Positions 17,877-26,809 of a stretch of DNA of 32,000 nt are shown here, in pieces. The stretch is from NCBI RefSeq assembly GCF_000025925.1, contig NC_014033.1, forward strand, positions 870,001 through 902,000. Reading direction: 5' to 3'. The notes under the pieces are model-generated. The model made no database searches. It was not told the DNA's origin and saw only the letters and a program-made list of their open reading frames with translations. The DNA is from Xylanibacter ruminicola 23. GTDB taxonomy: Bacteria; Bacteroidota; Bacteroidia; Bacteroidales; Bacteroidaceae. Position 1 is the first letter of the stretch; every line of letters starts with the position of its first letter. Made by a program: the position numbers and the translations under genes.

Positions 17877-18872
17877 ATGGCAGAAGCTATTGATATCCGA
17901 GAGTTAAATATTCGGATTGAACAACAAAGCGCATTTGTAACAAATCTTGTGAGTGGAATGGACCGCGTAATCGTTGGTCAGAAACATCTAATCGACTCGC
18001 TTTTGATAGGTTTGTTGAGTGATGGACATATTTTGCTGGAAGGTGTGCCAGGTTTGGCTAAGACATTGGCCATTAAGACCCTTTCGCAGTTAATCGATTC
18101 AGATTACAGCCGTATTCAGTTTACCCCCGACTTGCTCCCTGCTGACGTGATAGGTACTATGATCTACTCGCAGAAGGACGAGAAGTTCCAGGTAAAGCAG
18201 GGCCCCGTATTTGCCAACTTCGTGCTGGCCGATGAAATTAACCGTGCCCCAGCAAAGGTGCAGAGTGCACTGCTCGAGGCCATGCAGGAAAAGCAGGTTA
18301 CTATCGGTAGTCAGACCTTTAAGTTGCCTAACCCATTCCTGGTAATGGCTACTCAGAACCCTATCGAGCAGGAGGGTACCTACCCACTGCCTGAGGCACA
18401 GGTCGACCGTTTCATGCTCAAGGTGGTTATCGATTATCCTACACTCGAAGAGGAGAAGAAGATTATCCGCGAGAATATCACAGGCGAGATGCCTACCGTT
18501 ACCCCTGTAACTACAGCCGAGGAGATTCTGAAGGCTCGCAGCGTGGTTCGCGAGGTTTATATCGACGAGAAGATCGAGCAGTATATTGCTGATATCGTGT
18601 TCGCCACCCGTTATCCCGAGCGTTATGGCTTGAAGGATCTCAAGGACATGATTTCGTTTGGTGGTTCGCCTCGTGCCAGCATCAATCTGGCTAAGGCTGC
18701 TCGCGCTTATGCTTTCATTAAGCGTCGTGGCTATGTTGTTCCCGAGGATGTTCGTGCTGTGGCTCACGATGTATTGCGCCACCGTATTGGACTTACCTAC
18801 GAGGCCGAGGCCAGCAATATTACCAGCGAGGAGATTGTTTCAAAGATTATCAATAAGGTTGAAGTGCCTTAA
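17877..18872 (+). CDS. moxR: MoxR-family AAA+ ATPase
   Basis: VIVGQKHLIDSLLIGLLSDGHILLEGVPGLAKT (Walker A), LADEINRAPAKVQSALLEAMQE (Walker B/sensor) and ATQNPIEQEGTYPLPEAQVDRF are classical MoxR motifs. Confidence 0.95.
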   Translation: MAEAIDIRELNIRIEQQSAFVTNLVSGMDRVIVGQKHLIDSLLIGLLSDGHILLEGVPGLAKTLAIKTLSQLIDSDYSRIQFTPDLLPADVIGTMIYSQKDEKFQVKQGPVFANFVLADEINRAPAKVQSALLEAMQEKQVTIGSQTFKLPNPFLVMATQNPIEQEGTYPLPEAQVDRFMLKVVIDYPTLEEEKKIIRENITGEMPTVTPVTTAEEILKARSVVREVYIDEKIEQYIADIVFATRYPERYGLKDLKDMISFGGSPRASINLAKAARAYAFIKRRGYVVPEDVRAVAHDVLRHRIGLTYEAEASNITSEEIVSKIINKVEVP

Positions 18873-18905
18873 TAGTGAATAGTGATTAGTGAATAGAGAA
18901 TAGTG
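18871..18905 (+). repeat. Five tandem copies of a heptanucleotide (AATAGTG consensus)
   Basis: aatagtg aatagtg attagtg aatagag aatagtg. The array begins inside the moxR stop codon and ends with the GTG start of the DUF58 gene. Confidence 0.9.
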
Positions 18906-19772
18906 GAAACTTCTGAAATAATAAAGAAAGTCCGTAAGATCGAGATCAAGACCCGTGGCTTGAGCTCAAACATCTTTGCAGGTCAGTACCACTCTGCCTT
19001 TAAGGGTAGGGGTATGGCCTTTAGCGAGGTGCGCGAGTATCAGTTCGGTGATGATGTGCGAGATATCGACTGGAATGTGACTGCTCGTTTCCATCGTCCT
19101 TATGTAAAGGTGTTCGAAGAGGAGCGCGAGCTGACGGTGATGCTGTTGATCGACGTCAGCGGTTCGCTTGATTTCGGCACCCAGAAGCAGATGAAGCGCG
19201 ATATGGTGACCGAGATTGCTGCCACCCTTGCCTTCAGTGCTATTCAGAACAACGATAAGATTGGTGTGATCTTCTTCTCGGATAAGATCGAGAAGTACAT
19301 CCCGCCCAAGAAAGGCCGCAAGCATATCTTGTACATTATCCGTGAGATGCTCGACTTTAAGCCCGAGTCAACACGTACGGATATCAAGCAGGCCATCGAG
19401 TTCTTGTCGAGTGTCCAGAAACGTCGTACCACAGCCTTTATCCTGAGCGACTTCTATGTGCGTAGCAATTTCCAGCAGTCGTTGCAGATTGCCAATCGCA
19501 AGCACGATGTGGTAGCCATCCAGGTGTACGACCAGCGTGCACGCGAGTTGCCCGATGTGGGATTGATGAAGGTTGTAGATGCCGAAACTGGCTACGAGCA
19601 GTATGTGGATACAAGTTCCAAGAAACTGCGTCAGGCTTACCAGAAGTACTGGTTAACCCGCCAGGCCCAGTTGCAGGAAACTTTTAATAAGAGCAATGTA
19701 GACAATGTGAGCATAGCCACTAACGACGACTTTGTGAAATCGTTGCTACTGCTATTTAAACAACGTAGTTAA
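18903..19772 (+). CDS. DUF58 domain protein (MoxR-associated, VWA-like)
   Basis: KKVRKIEIKTRGLSSNIFAGQYHSAFKGRGMAFSEVREYQFGDDVRDIDWNVTAR is the typical DUF58 signature. It has a GTG start, with no in-frame ATG before the conserved region. Confidence 0.9.
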   Translation: METSEIIKKVRKIEIKTRGLSSNIFAGQYHSAFKGRGMAFSEVREYQFGDDVRDIDWNVTARFHRPYVKVFEEERELTVMLLIDVSGSLDFGTQKQMKRDMVTEIAATLAFSAIQNNDKIGVIFFSDKIEKYIPPKKGRKHILYIIREMLDFKPESTRTDIKQAIEFLSSVQKRRTTAFILSDFYVRSNFQQSLQIANRKHDVVAIQVYDQRARELPDVGLMKVVDAETGYEQYVDTSSKKLRQAYQKYWLTRQAQLQETFNKSNVDNVSIATNDDFVKSLLLLFKQRS

Positions 19773-20840
19773 ATGAAACGTATTTTTCTTCTTATATCGC
19801 TGATAGCCAATTCGCTGCTGATTTCGGCACAAGTATCTGTCGAGGCTGAGATTGACTCGATTCAGATCTTTGTTGGTCAGCAGACTCACCTGCGACTCAC
19901 TACCAATGTGCAGCCCAGTCAGAAGGTTGAGTTCCCGCAGTTTCAGCCCACACAGATGATTACACCTGGTGTTGAGGTGCTGAAGTGCGAGGAGCAGAAG
20001 CAGGATATCGGTGATGGATTCGAAGCCCGCACGATGGTGTACACACTCACCTCGTTCGACGATACCCTTTATTATCTGCCACCACTTACCGTTAAGGTGG
20101 ATGGTAAGCAGTATAAGAGTAAGAGTCTGGCCCTGAAGGTGCTCACCATCGATGTGGATACCACCAAGGTCGATCAGTTCTTTGGTCCTAAGGATGTGCA
20201 GGACAACCCGTTCCTTTGGAGCGAGTGGAGCTTGCCATTCTGGTTGAGTGTGCTCATGCTGGTACTGTTGGCTTTGTGCTACTATCTGTACTTGCGTTTG
20301 CGCGACAACAAGCCCATCATCACTCATATCCGCATTGTTAAGCGCCTGCTGCCACATCAGAAGGCCATGCAGGAGATTGAGCAGATTAAGGCCGATAAGA
20401 TGGTGGCTTCGGAGAACTCGAAGGAGTACTACACCAAGCTTACCGATACCCTGCGTAAATATATCGAGGAGCGTTACGGATTCAATGCGATGGAGATGAC
20501 CAGTAGCGAGATTATCGAACGCCTCACCGCCTCGCAGGATCAGAAGGCACTCGACGAGTTGCGCGAGCTGTTTATGACTGCCGACCTGGTTAAGTTCGCC
20601 AAGTATTCTACACTTATCAACGAGAACGATAAGAATCTGGTGAGCGCCATCGACTTCATTAATCAGACCAAGCTCGAGAATCAGCCTGTAGAAGAAAAGG
20701 TTAAACCACAGCTCTCTGAGGAGGATCAGCGTACACAGAAGTCGCGCCGCCTGCTCAAAACCGTCATCACCCTTATCTCGGTGGTATGCGCCGGTCTGTT
20801 CGGCTTTGTGGCTTACACCCTTTATCAGTTATTGAATTAA
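19773..20840 (+). CDS. Membrane protein with a BatD-like N-terminal domain and a DUF4381-like segment
   Basis: Signal peptide (...LLISAQ). The N-terminal domain resembles the BatD N-terminus in this window (IFVGQQTHLRLTTNV..., LPPLTVKVDGKQYKSKSLALKV against VAVGEQFRLSYTVNT..., IPAAYAVVDGKKITSKSLTIKV). A TM helix follows, then a region ending ADLVKFAKY as in DUF4381, plus an extra C-terminal TM helix. Confidence 0.6.
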   Translation: MKRIFLLISLIANSLLISAQVSVEAEIDSIQIFVGQQTHLRLTTNVQPSQKVEFPQFQPTQMITPGVEVLKCEEQKQDIGDGFEARTMVYTLTSFDDTLYYLPPLTVKVDGKQYKSKSLALKVLTIDVDTTKVDQFFGPKDVQDNPFLWSEWSLPFWLSVLMLVLLALCYYLYLRLRDNKPIITHIRIVKRLLPHQKAMQEIEQIKADKMVASENSKEYYTKLTDTLRKYIEERYGFNAMEMTSSEIIERLTASQDQKALDELRELFMTADLVKFAKYSTLINENDKNLVSAIDFINQTKLENQPVEEKVKPQLSEEDQRTQKSRRLLKTVITLISVVCAGLFGFVAYTLYQLLN

Positions 20841-20850
20841 AACAGAACAA

Positions 20851-21849
20851 ATGGAATTTGCCAATAAAGAATATCTGCTGTTGCTTCTGCTCATCATACC
20901 TTATATTATATGGTATGTGATGTACAGAAAGAAAACCGAGCCCACGCTGCGGATGAGCGATACGTTTGCCTTCCGCTATGCGCCAAAAAGCTGGAAGGTT
21001 AAGCTTATGCCCCTTTCCATGCTGCTCCGACTGCTGGTATTTGTGATGATAGTCATGGTGCTGGCTCGCCCTCAGACCCGTAACTCGTGGGATAGCAAAA
21101 CCGTAGAGGGTATTGATATCATGCTGGCTATGGACGTATCTACCAGTATGCTGGCCGAGGACTTGCGCCCTAACCGTATCGAGGCTGCCAAGCAGGTGGC
21201 TTCTGAGTTTATCATTGGTCGCCCCAACGATAATATCGGCTTGGCCATTTTTGCCGGCGAATCGTTCACCCAGTGCCCCATGACCACCGATCATGCCTCG
21301 CTGCTGAACCTGCTGCAGAATGTGCGTACCGATATCGCCGCCCGCGGACTCATCGAGGATGGTACCGCTATCGGTATGGGACTGGCCAATGCCGTGAGCC
21401 GACTCAAGGATTCGAAGGCTAAGAGCAAGGTGGTGATTCTGCTTACCGATGGTAGTAACAACCGTGGTGATATCTCGCCATCTACCGCTGCCGAGATTGC
21501 CAAGAGTCTGGGCATCCGCGTTTATACCATTGGTGTGGGTACCAATAAGGTGGCACCTTATCCTATGCCTGTGGCCGGTGGTGTGCAGTATGTGAATGTG
21601 CCCGTTGAGATTGATACCAAGACGCTGAGCGAGATTGCCAGCATTACCGAGGGCGATTTCTATCGCGCCACCAATACCAACGAACTTCGTAAAATCTATA
21701 AGGAAATCGACCAGCTTGAAAAGTCGAAGCTCAACGTCAAGACCTTCAGCAAGCGTTACGAGGCCTACCAGCCTTTTGCACTTGTGGCTGTGTTGGCGCT
21801 GTTGCTCGAGATTCTGCTGCGTGTAACTATATTTAGGAGGATACCGTAA
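20851..21849 (+). CDS. batA: VWA-domain aerotolerance protein BatA
   Basis: N-terminal TM helices, the VWA MIDAS motif (DIMLAMDVSTSM), LLTDGSNN, and a C-terminal TM helix ending RRIP. Confidence 0.85.
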   Translation: MEFANKEYLLLLLLIIPYIIWYVMYRKKTEPTLRMSDTFAFRYAPKSWKVKLMPLSMLLRLLVFVMIVMVLARPQTRNSWDSKTVEGIDIMLAMDVSTSMLAEDLRPNRIEAAKQVASEFIIGRPNDNIGLAIFAGESFTQCPMTTDHASLLNLLQNVRTDIAARGLIEDGTAIGMGLANAVSRLKDSKAKSKVVILLTDGSNNRGDISPSTAAEIAKSLGIRVYTIGVGTNKVAPYPMPVAGGVQYVNVPVEIDTKTLSEIASITEGDFYRATNTNELRKIYKEIDQLEKSKLNVKTFSKRYEAYQPFALVAVLALLLEILLRVTIFRRIP

Positions 21850-21851
21850 TT

Positions 21852-23552
21852 ATGTTTAGATTTGCTGACCCTACATATCTCTATCTCTTAGCGGTGATAC
21901 CAGTACTGGCCATCATCCGCTTTCTCACGTATCGCAATCAGAAGAAACGTTTGCGTAAGTTTGGCGATCCCAAGCTGTTGCGTTCGCTCATGCCCGATGT
22001 GTCTCGTTTCCGCCCCGCAGTAAAATTCTGGATTCTGCAGGGTGCTTTGGCATTGCTGGTTGTTATGCTGGCCCGTCCGCAGTTCGGCACCAAGATCAGT
22101 AACGAGCAGCGTACCGGCATCGAGACTATTATTGCGATGGATATCAGTAACTCTATGCTGGCCGAGGATATCACGCCCAGCCGTTTGGACCGTAGTAAGA
22201 TGATGGTCGAGAATCTGGTAGATCACTTCACCAACGATAAGATTGGCTTGCTGGTGTTTGCTGGCGACGCTTTCGTTCAGTTGCCTATCACCAGCGATTA
22301 CGTGTCGGCCAAGATGTTCCTCTCCAGCATCGACCCCTCGATGATGGCTACCCAGGGCACTGATATTGCCCGTGCCATCGATATGGCTACCCATAGTTTT
22401 ACCCAGGAAGAGGGTATTGGCAAGGCCATCATAGTGATTACCGATGGCGAGGATCACGAGGGTGGGGCACTCGAGTCTGCCGAGGCTGCCAAGAAAGCCG
22501 GCATGCGTGTGTATGTGCTGGGTGTCGGTTCAACCCAAGGTGCGCCTATCCCCATTCCCGGTACAGGCGATTATATGAAGGATAATACGGGCAACACGGT
22601 GATGTCGGCCCTCAACGAGGATATGTGTCGCCAGGTGGCTCAGGCTGGTGGCGGTGCCTATATCCATGTAGAGAACAACAGTGCTGCTCAGGACCAGTTG
22701 GATAACGAGCTTTCAAAGCTGGCTAAGAAAGAGACTACCAGCACCGTTTACAGCGAGTTCGACGAGCAGTTCCAGGCTGTAGCCATCTTGGCATTGCTGC
22801 TGCTCATTCTCGAGATTTGCATCTTCGACCGTCGCAATCCGCTGCTTAAGCGTTTGTCGCTTTTCGGTTCTAAGAAGAAAGCCGCTGCTACCGTAGCTTT
22901 ATTGCTGGTGGCTGTTACAGCCAGCGCCCAGACCGATCGCCAGTATATCCGCGAGGGTAACAAGCAGTTCCGTGTGGGGCAGTACGATAAGGCCGAGGTG
23001 TCGTATCGTAAGGCCGTAGAAAAAAATCCCAAGAATCCGCAGGCAGCTTATAACCTGGGTAATGCGCTGATGGCTCAGAAGAAGGATTCGTCTGCTGTGC
23101 AGCAGTTCGAGCAGGCCACCCGTATCGAGACCAACCCGCTGCGTAAGGCTGCCGCCTATCATAACATGGGTGTGATCTGTCAGACACATAAGATGTACGG
23201 CGAGGCCATCGAGGCTTACAAGAATGCTCTGCGCCTGAATCCTAACGACGATGAAACCCGCTATAACCTGGTTCTCTGCAAAAAACAGAAACAGAAGCAG
23301 GACCAGAACCAGCAGCAGAATCAGAACAACAAGGACGATCAGAAGAAAGACAATCAGAAGAAGGACGATCAGAAAGATCAGAACAAAGATAAGAAAGACG
23401 ACAAGCAGCAACAGCAGCAGAAGCCTCAGATGAGTAAGGACAATGCCGAGCAGCTCTTGAATGCCGCCATCCAGAACGAGAAGATGACGCAGGACAAGAT
23501 GAAGAAACAGCAGCAGAAGCCGCAGCGTCGGAATGTATTAAAGAATTGGTAA
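21852..23552 (+). CDS. batB-batC: BatB-like VWA protein fused in frame to a BatC-like TPR protein
   Basis: Residues 1-339 hold TM helices plus a VWA domain (IIAMDISNSM, VITDGEDH) and a C-terminal TM helix. A signal-peptide-like segment follows (SKKKAAATVALLLVAVTASAQ), then TPR repeats (AAYNLGNALMAQ..., AAYHNMGVICQ..., YKNALRLNPND) and a K/Q/D/N-rich tail. Confidence 0.8.
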   Translation: MFRFADPTYLYLLAVIPVLAIIRFLTYRNQKKRLRKFGDPKLLRSLMPDVSRFRPAVKFWILQGALALLVVMLARPQFGTKISNEQRTGIETIIAMDISNSMLAEDITPSRLDRSKMMVENLVDHFTNDKIGLLVFAGDAFVQLPITSDYVSAKMFLSSIDPSMMATQGTDIARAIDMATHSFTQEEGIGKAIIVITDGEDHEGGALESAEAAKKAGMRVYVLGVGSTQGAPIPIPGTGDYMKDNTGNTVMSALNEDMCRQVAQAGGGAYIHVENNSAAQDQLDNELSKLAKKETTSTVYSEFDEQFQAVAILALLLLILEICIFDRRNPLLKRLSLFGSKKKAAATVALLLVAVTASAQTDRQYIREGNKQFRVGQYDKAEVSYRKAVEKNPKNPQAAYNLGNALMAQKKDSSAVQQFEQATRIETNPLRKAAAYHNMGVICQTHKMYGEAIEAYKNALRLNPNDDETRYNLVLCKKQKQKQDQNQQQNQNNKDDQKKDNQKKDDQKDQNKDKKDDKQQQQQKPQMSKDNAEQLLNAAIQNEKMTQDKMKKQQQKPQRRNVLKNW

Positions 23553-26113
23553 TGAAACGAATAGCGATATTTATAGCAATGGTAATGACCACGGTTCTGG
23601 CCGTGGCCCAAACATTAACAGCATCGGCACCATCGCATGTTGCGGTGGGCGAGCAGTTCCGGTTGTCGTACACGGTCAACACACAGAACGTGTCCGATTT
23701 CCGTGCTGGTAATATCCCCTCTGAGTTCGAGGTGCTCATTGGCCCGAACCGCTCCATGCAGTCGAGCTATCAGATGATTAATGGTCACACCTCGTCAACC
23801 TCGTCTATTACTTATACTTATATAGTAGCAGCTACCAAGAATGGTACGTTTACCATCCCTGCAGCTTATGCGGTGGTAGATGGCAAGAAGATTACCTCAA
23901 AATCGCTCACCATCAAGGTTTCGGGCTCGGTTTCGGGCTCAGGCTCTAGCTCGCGCCAGAATAGCGACGATGGTGCTGAGATGCGCGATGCCGGTAGTCG
24001 TATCTCGGGTAGCGACCTGTTTATCAAGGTAAGCGCCAACAAAAAGCGTGTTTACGAGCAGGAGCCCATCCTGCTTACCTATAAGGTTTATACACTGGTA
24101 CAGCTCACCCAGCTGCGTGGCGATATGCCCGACCTGAAGAGCTTCTATACCCAGGAGGTGGATCTGCCACAGCAGAAGTCGTTCTCGATCGAGACGGTCA
24201 ATGGTCGTCCATATCGCACCTGCACCTGGAGCCAGTATGTGATGTTCCCACAAACCACTGGTAAACTGCAGATTCCGTCGATTACCTTCGAGGGTATCGT
24301 GGTGCAGCAGAATCGTAATGTGGATCCGTTCGAGGCATTCTTCAACGGTGGCTCAGGCTACGTAGAGGTGAAGAAAAAGATTGTGGCTCCTGGTATTGAT
24401 ATTCAGGTTGATCCGCTGCCACAGCGCCCAGCCACATTCTCGGGTGGAGTAGGTAAGTTTAATATCTCGGCCCAGCTCGATAAGACAGAGACCAAGGCCA
24501 ACGATCCTATCAAACTGCGTGTGATTGTGAGTGGTACAGGTAACCTCAAGCTCATCAAAGAGCCTGTATTGAACTTGCCTAAGGACTTTGATAAGTACGA
24601 GCCCAAGGTGACCGACCAGACCAAGCTGACCACAGCCGGACTGGAGGGCTCGAAGATTTACGATATCCTGATTGTACCACGCCATCAGGGGCAGTACGAT
24701 ATTCCACCCGTTGAGTTTACCTATTTCGACACCGCCACCAAGCGTTACGAAACGGTAAAGAGCGAGGGCTTCCATCTCGATGTGGCCAAGGGCTCTGGTA
24801 GTGCTTCGGTGAGTGATTTCTCTGGTCAGGAGGATGTCGATGAGTTGAATAAGGATATCCGCTTTATCAAGACAGGCGATGCCGATCAGCATCTCACCAA
24901 CGATTTCTTCTTCGGCTCAACTGCTTACTGGATTATCATCGCTGCGCTGGTAGTGGTGTTTATCACGCTGTTTGTTATCTTCCGTCAGCGTGCCATCGAT
25001 AACGCCAATGTTACCAAGATGCGTGGTAAGAAGGCCAACAAGGTGGCCACCAAGCGCCTGAAGCTGGCAGCCCGCCTGATGACCGACAACAAGCCAAACG
25101 AGTTCTACGACGAGGTGCTGCGTGCCCTGTGGGGTTATGTGGGCGATAAGCTCAATATCCCAGTGGCCCAGTTGTCGCACGATAACATTAGTCAGAAGCT
25201 GGCCGATCGTGGCGTGCATCAGTCAATCATCGATAAGTTTATCGGTGCTATCGACGAGTGCGAGTTCGAGCGTTATGCCCCAGGCGATCCAAAGGGAAAT
25301 ATGAGTAAGGTTTACGATAAGGCCATACTGGCCATCGAGAAGATCGAGGAGGTGATGAAGAAGGGTAGTAAGAAAGCCGCTACTTTGGTATTGTTACTGC
25401 TGTTGGCACCTATGGCTGCCCAGGCTGCTACCAAGGCCGAGGCTGATAGCGCTTATATCAACGGCAATTATCAGGAGGCCATCAAGGGTTATGAATATAT
25501 GCTTAAGCAGGGTGCTTCGGCCGAACTGTATTATAATCTGGGTAATGCCTACTATCGCACCGAGAATATCACCCGTGCCGTGCTTAATTACGAGCGCGCC
25601 CTGTTGCTCTCGCCAGGCGATGCCGACATCCGTTTTAACCTGCAGTTGGCCCGCTCTAAAACCATCGATAAGATTGTGCCTGAGAGCGAGATGTTCTTCG
25701 TTACCTGGTATCGCTCGTTGGTGAATCTGATGAGTGTCGACGGGTGGGGACGTATGGCCCTTGTGTCGCTGGCCATCGTTATCGTGCTGTTCCTGGTTTA
25801 CCTGTTCTCGGCCCGTGTATGGGTGCAGAAGTTAGGTTTCTTTGGCGGCATCGCCTTGCTGGTGGTGTTCGTGTTCAGCAATTTCTTTGCCTGGCAGCAG
25901 CGCCAGCAGTTGCTGTATCGTCAGGGTGCCATCGTTATAGCCCCATCGGTAGCCGTCAAGAGCACGCCTGCCCAGAACGGTACCGACCTGTTTATCCTGC
26001 ACGAGGGTACCAAGGTGGTGATTACTGACAGCTCGATGAAGAACTGGCGCGAGGTACGTTTGGCCGACGGAAAGAAAGGTTGGCTGGAGAGTAAGAAAAT
26101 AGAAATGATTTAA
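23552..26113 (+). CDS. batD-batE: BatD-like protein fused in frame to a BatE-like TPR/SH3 protein
   Basis: The BatD-like part runs to about 25354 and includes a signal peptide, SGSVSGSGSSS and a TM helix. From ATG 25355 there is a signal-peptide-like MKKGSKKAATLVLLLLLAPMAAQA, TPR repeats (YYNLGNAYYRTENITRAVLNYERALLLSPGD), TM helices and an SH3b-like C-terminus. The start overlaps the upstream stop (TAATG). Confidence 0.8.
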   Translation: MKRIAIFIAMVMTTVLAVAQTLTASAPSHVAVGEQFRLSYTVNTQNVSDFRAGNIPSEFEVLIGPNRSMQSSYQMINGHTSSTSSITYTYIVAATKNGTFTIPAAYAVVDGKKITSKSLTIKVSGSVSGSGSSSRQNSDDGAEMRDAGSRISGSDLFIKVSANKKRVYEQEPILLTYKVYTLVQLTQLRGDMPDLKSFYTQEVDLPQQKSFSIETVNGRPYRTCTWSQYVMFPQTTGKLQIPSITFEGIVVQQNRNVDPFEAFFNGGSGYVEVKKKIVAPGIDIQVDPLPQRPATFSGGVGKFNISAQLDKTETKANDPIKLRVIVSGTGNLKLIKEPVLNLPKDFDKYEPKVTDQTKLTTAGLEGSKIYDILIVPRHQGQYDIPPVEFTYFDTATKRYETVKSEGFHLDVAKGSGSASVSDFSGQEDVDELNKDIRFIKTGDADQHLTNDFFFGSTAYWIIIAALVVVFITLFVIFRQRAIDNANVTKMRGKKANKVATKRLKLAARLMTDNKPNEFYDEVLRALWGYVGDKLNIPVAQLSHDNISQKLADRGVHQSIIDKFIGAIDECEFERYAPGDPKGNMSKVYDKAILAIEKIEEVMKKGSKKAATLVLLLLLAPMAAQAATKAEADSAYINGNYQEAIKGYEYMLKQGASAELYYNLGNAYYRTENITRAVLNYERALLLSPGDADIRFNLQLARSKTIDKIVPESEMFFVTWYRSLVNLMSVDGWGRMALVSLAIVIVLFLVYLFSARVWVQKLGFFGGIALLVVFVFSNFFAWQQRQQLLYRQGAIVIAPSVAVKSTPAQNGTDLFILHEGTKVVITDSSMKNWREVRLADGKKGWLESKKIEMI

Positions 26114-26119
26114 TACCCT

Positions 26120-26809
26120 ATGTTTGAGACGTTGATTGATTTCGACCGCGAGTTATTGTTGGCCGTTAACGGCAGCGATTCGCTGTTCCTCGACCGTATG
26201 GTGCGCATGCTTACCAACGGTCTTACATGGATACCGCTCTATCTGTCGCTGTTTTATATGGTGATGAAGAATAACGATAATTTCCGCCGTTTGCTGTATG
26301 TGCTGCTGGGTGCTGGGTTGTGCATCCTGATAGCAGGTACGCTTAACGACGAAATCGTAAAACCCCTTGTGGCCCGTTGGCGCCCCACACACGATCCCCA
26401 GATTGGCACGCTGGTTGATATCGTTGATGGCTATCGTGGCGGCAAGTATGGCTTCTTCTCATCGCATGCAGCCAACACCATGAGCATTGCTGTGTATTTT
26501 ATCTGGATGGTGCGCAGTCGCCGTTTGTCAATCGCACTGGTCATCTGGTCGCTCCTTAATTGCTGGACCCGCATGTATCTGGGTGTTCACTTCCCAGGCG
26601 ACATCATGGTAGGCCTGCTGTGGGGTGTGGCAGTAGGCACAGGTGTTTATTTCCTCTATGGTCGTATTACCCGGGGCATGTACACACCTCGTAATCTAAA
26701 TCCCGACCAATACACCCCGGGCTGCTATCGCCGTTTAGACTGCAACTGGCCTGTAGGCGTGTTTGTATTAACATTAGTTTTTGTATTTATTAAAGCTTGT
26801 ATTATATGA
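26120..26809 (+). CDS. PAP2-family membrane phosphatase
   Basis: KPLVARWRP, SSHAAN and RMYLGVHFPGD match the tripartite PAP2 acid-phosphatase motif in a polytopic membrane ORF. Confidence 0.8.
   Translation: MFETLIDFDRELLLAVNGSDSLFLDRMVRMLTNGLTWIPLYLSLFYMVMKNNDNFRRLLYVLLGAGLCILIAGTLNDEIVKPLVARWRPTHDPQIGTLVDIVDGYRGGKYGFFSSHAANTMSIAVYFIWMVRSRRLSIALVIWSLLNCWTRMYLGVHFPGDIMVGLLWGVAVGTGVYFLYGRITRGMYTPRNLNPDQYTPGCYRRLDCNWPVGVFVLTLVFVFIKACII

Noticed and set aside
23251-23433. 60-aa Arg-rich alternative-frame ORF, and the 171-aa minus-strand ORF at 23242-23757, over the BatC-like K/Q-rich tail
   Set aside because: They are artefacts of the low-complexity AAG/CAG-rich coding sequence.
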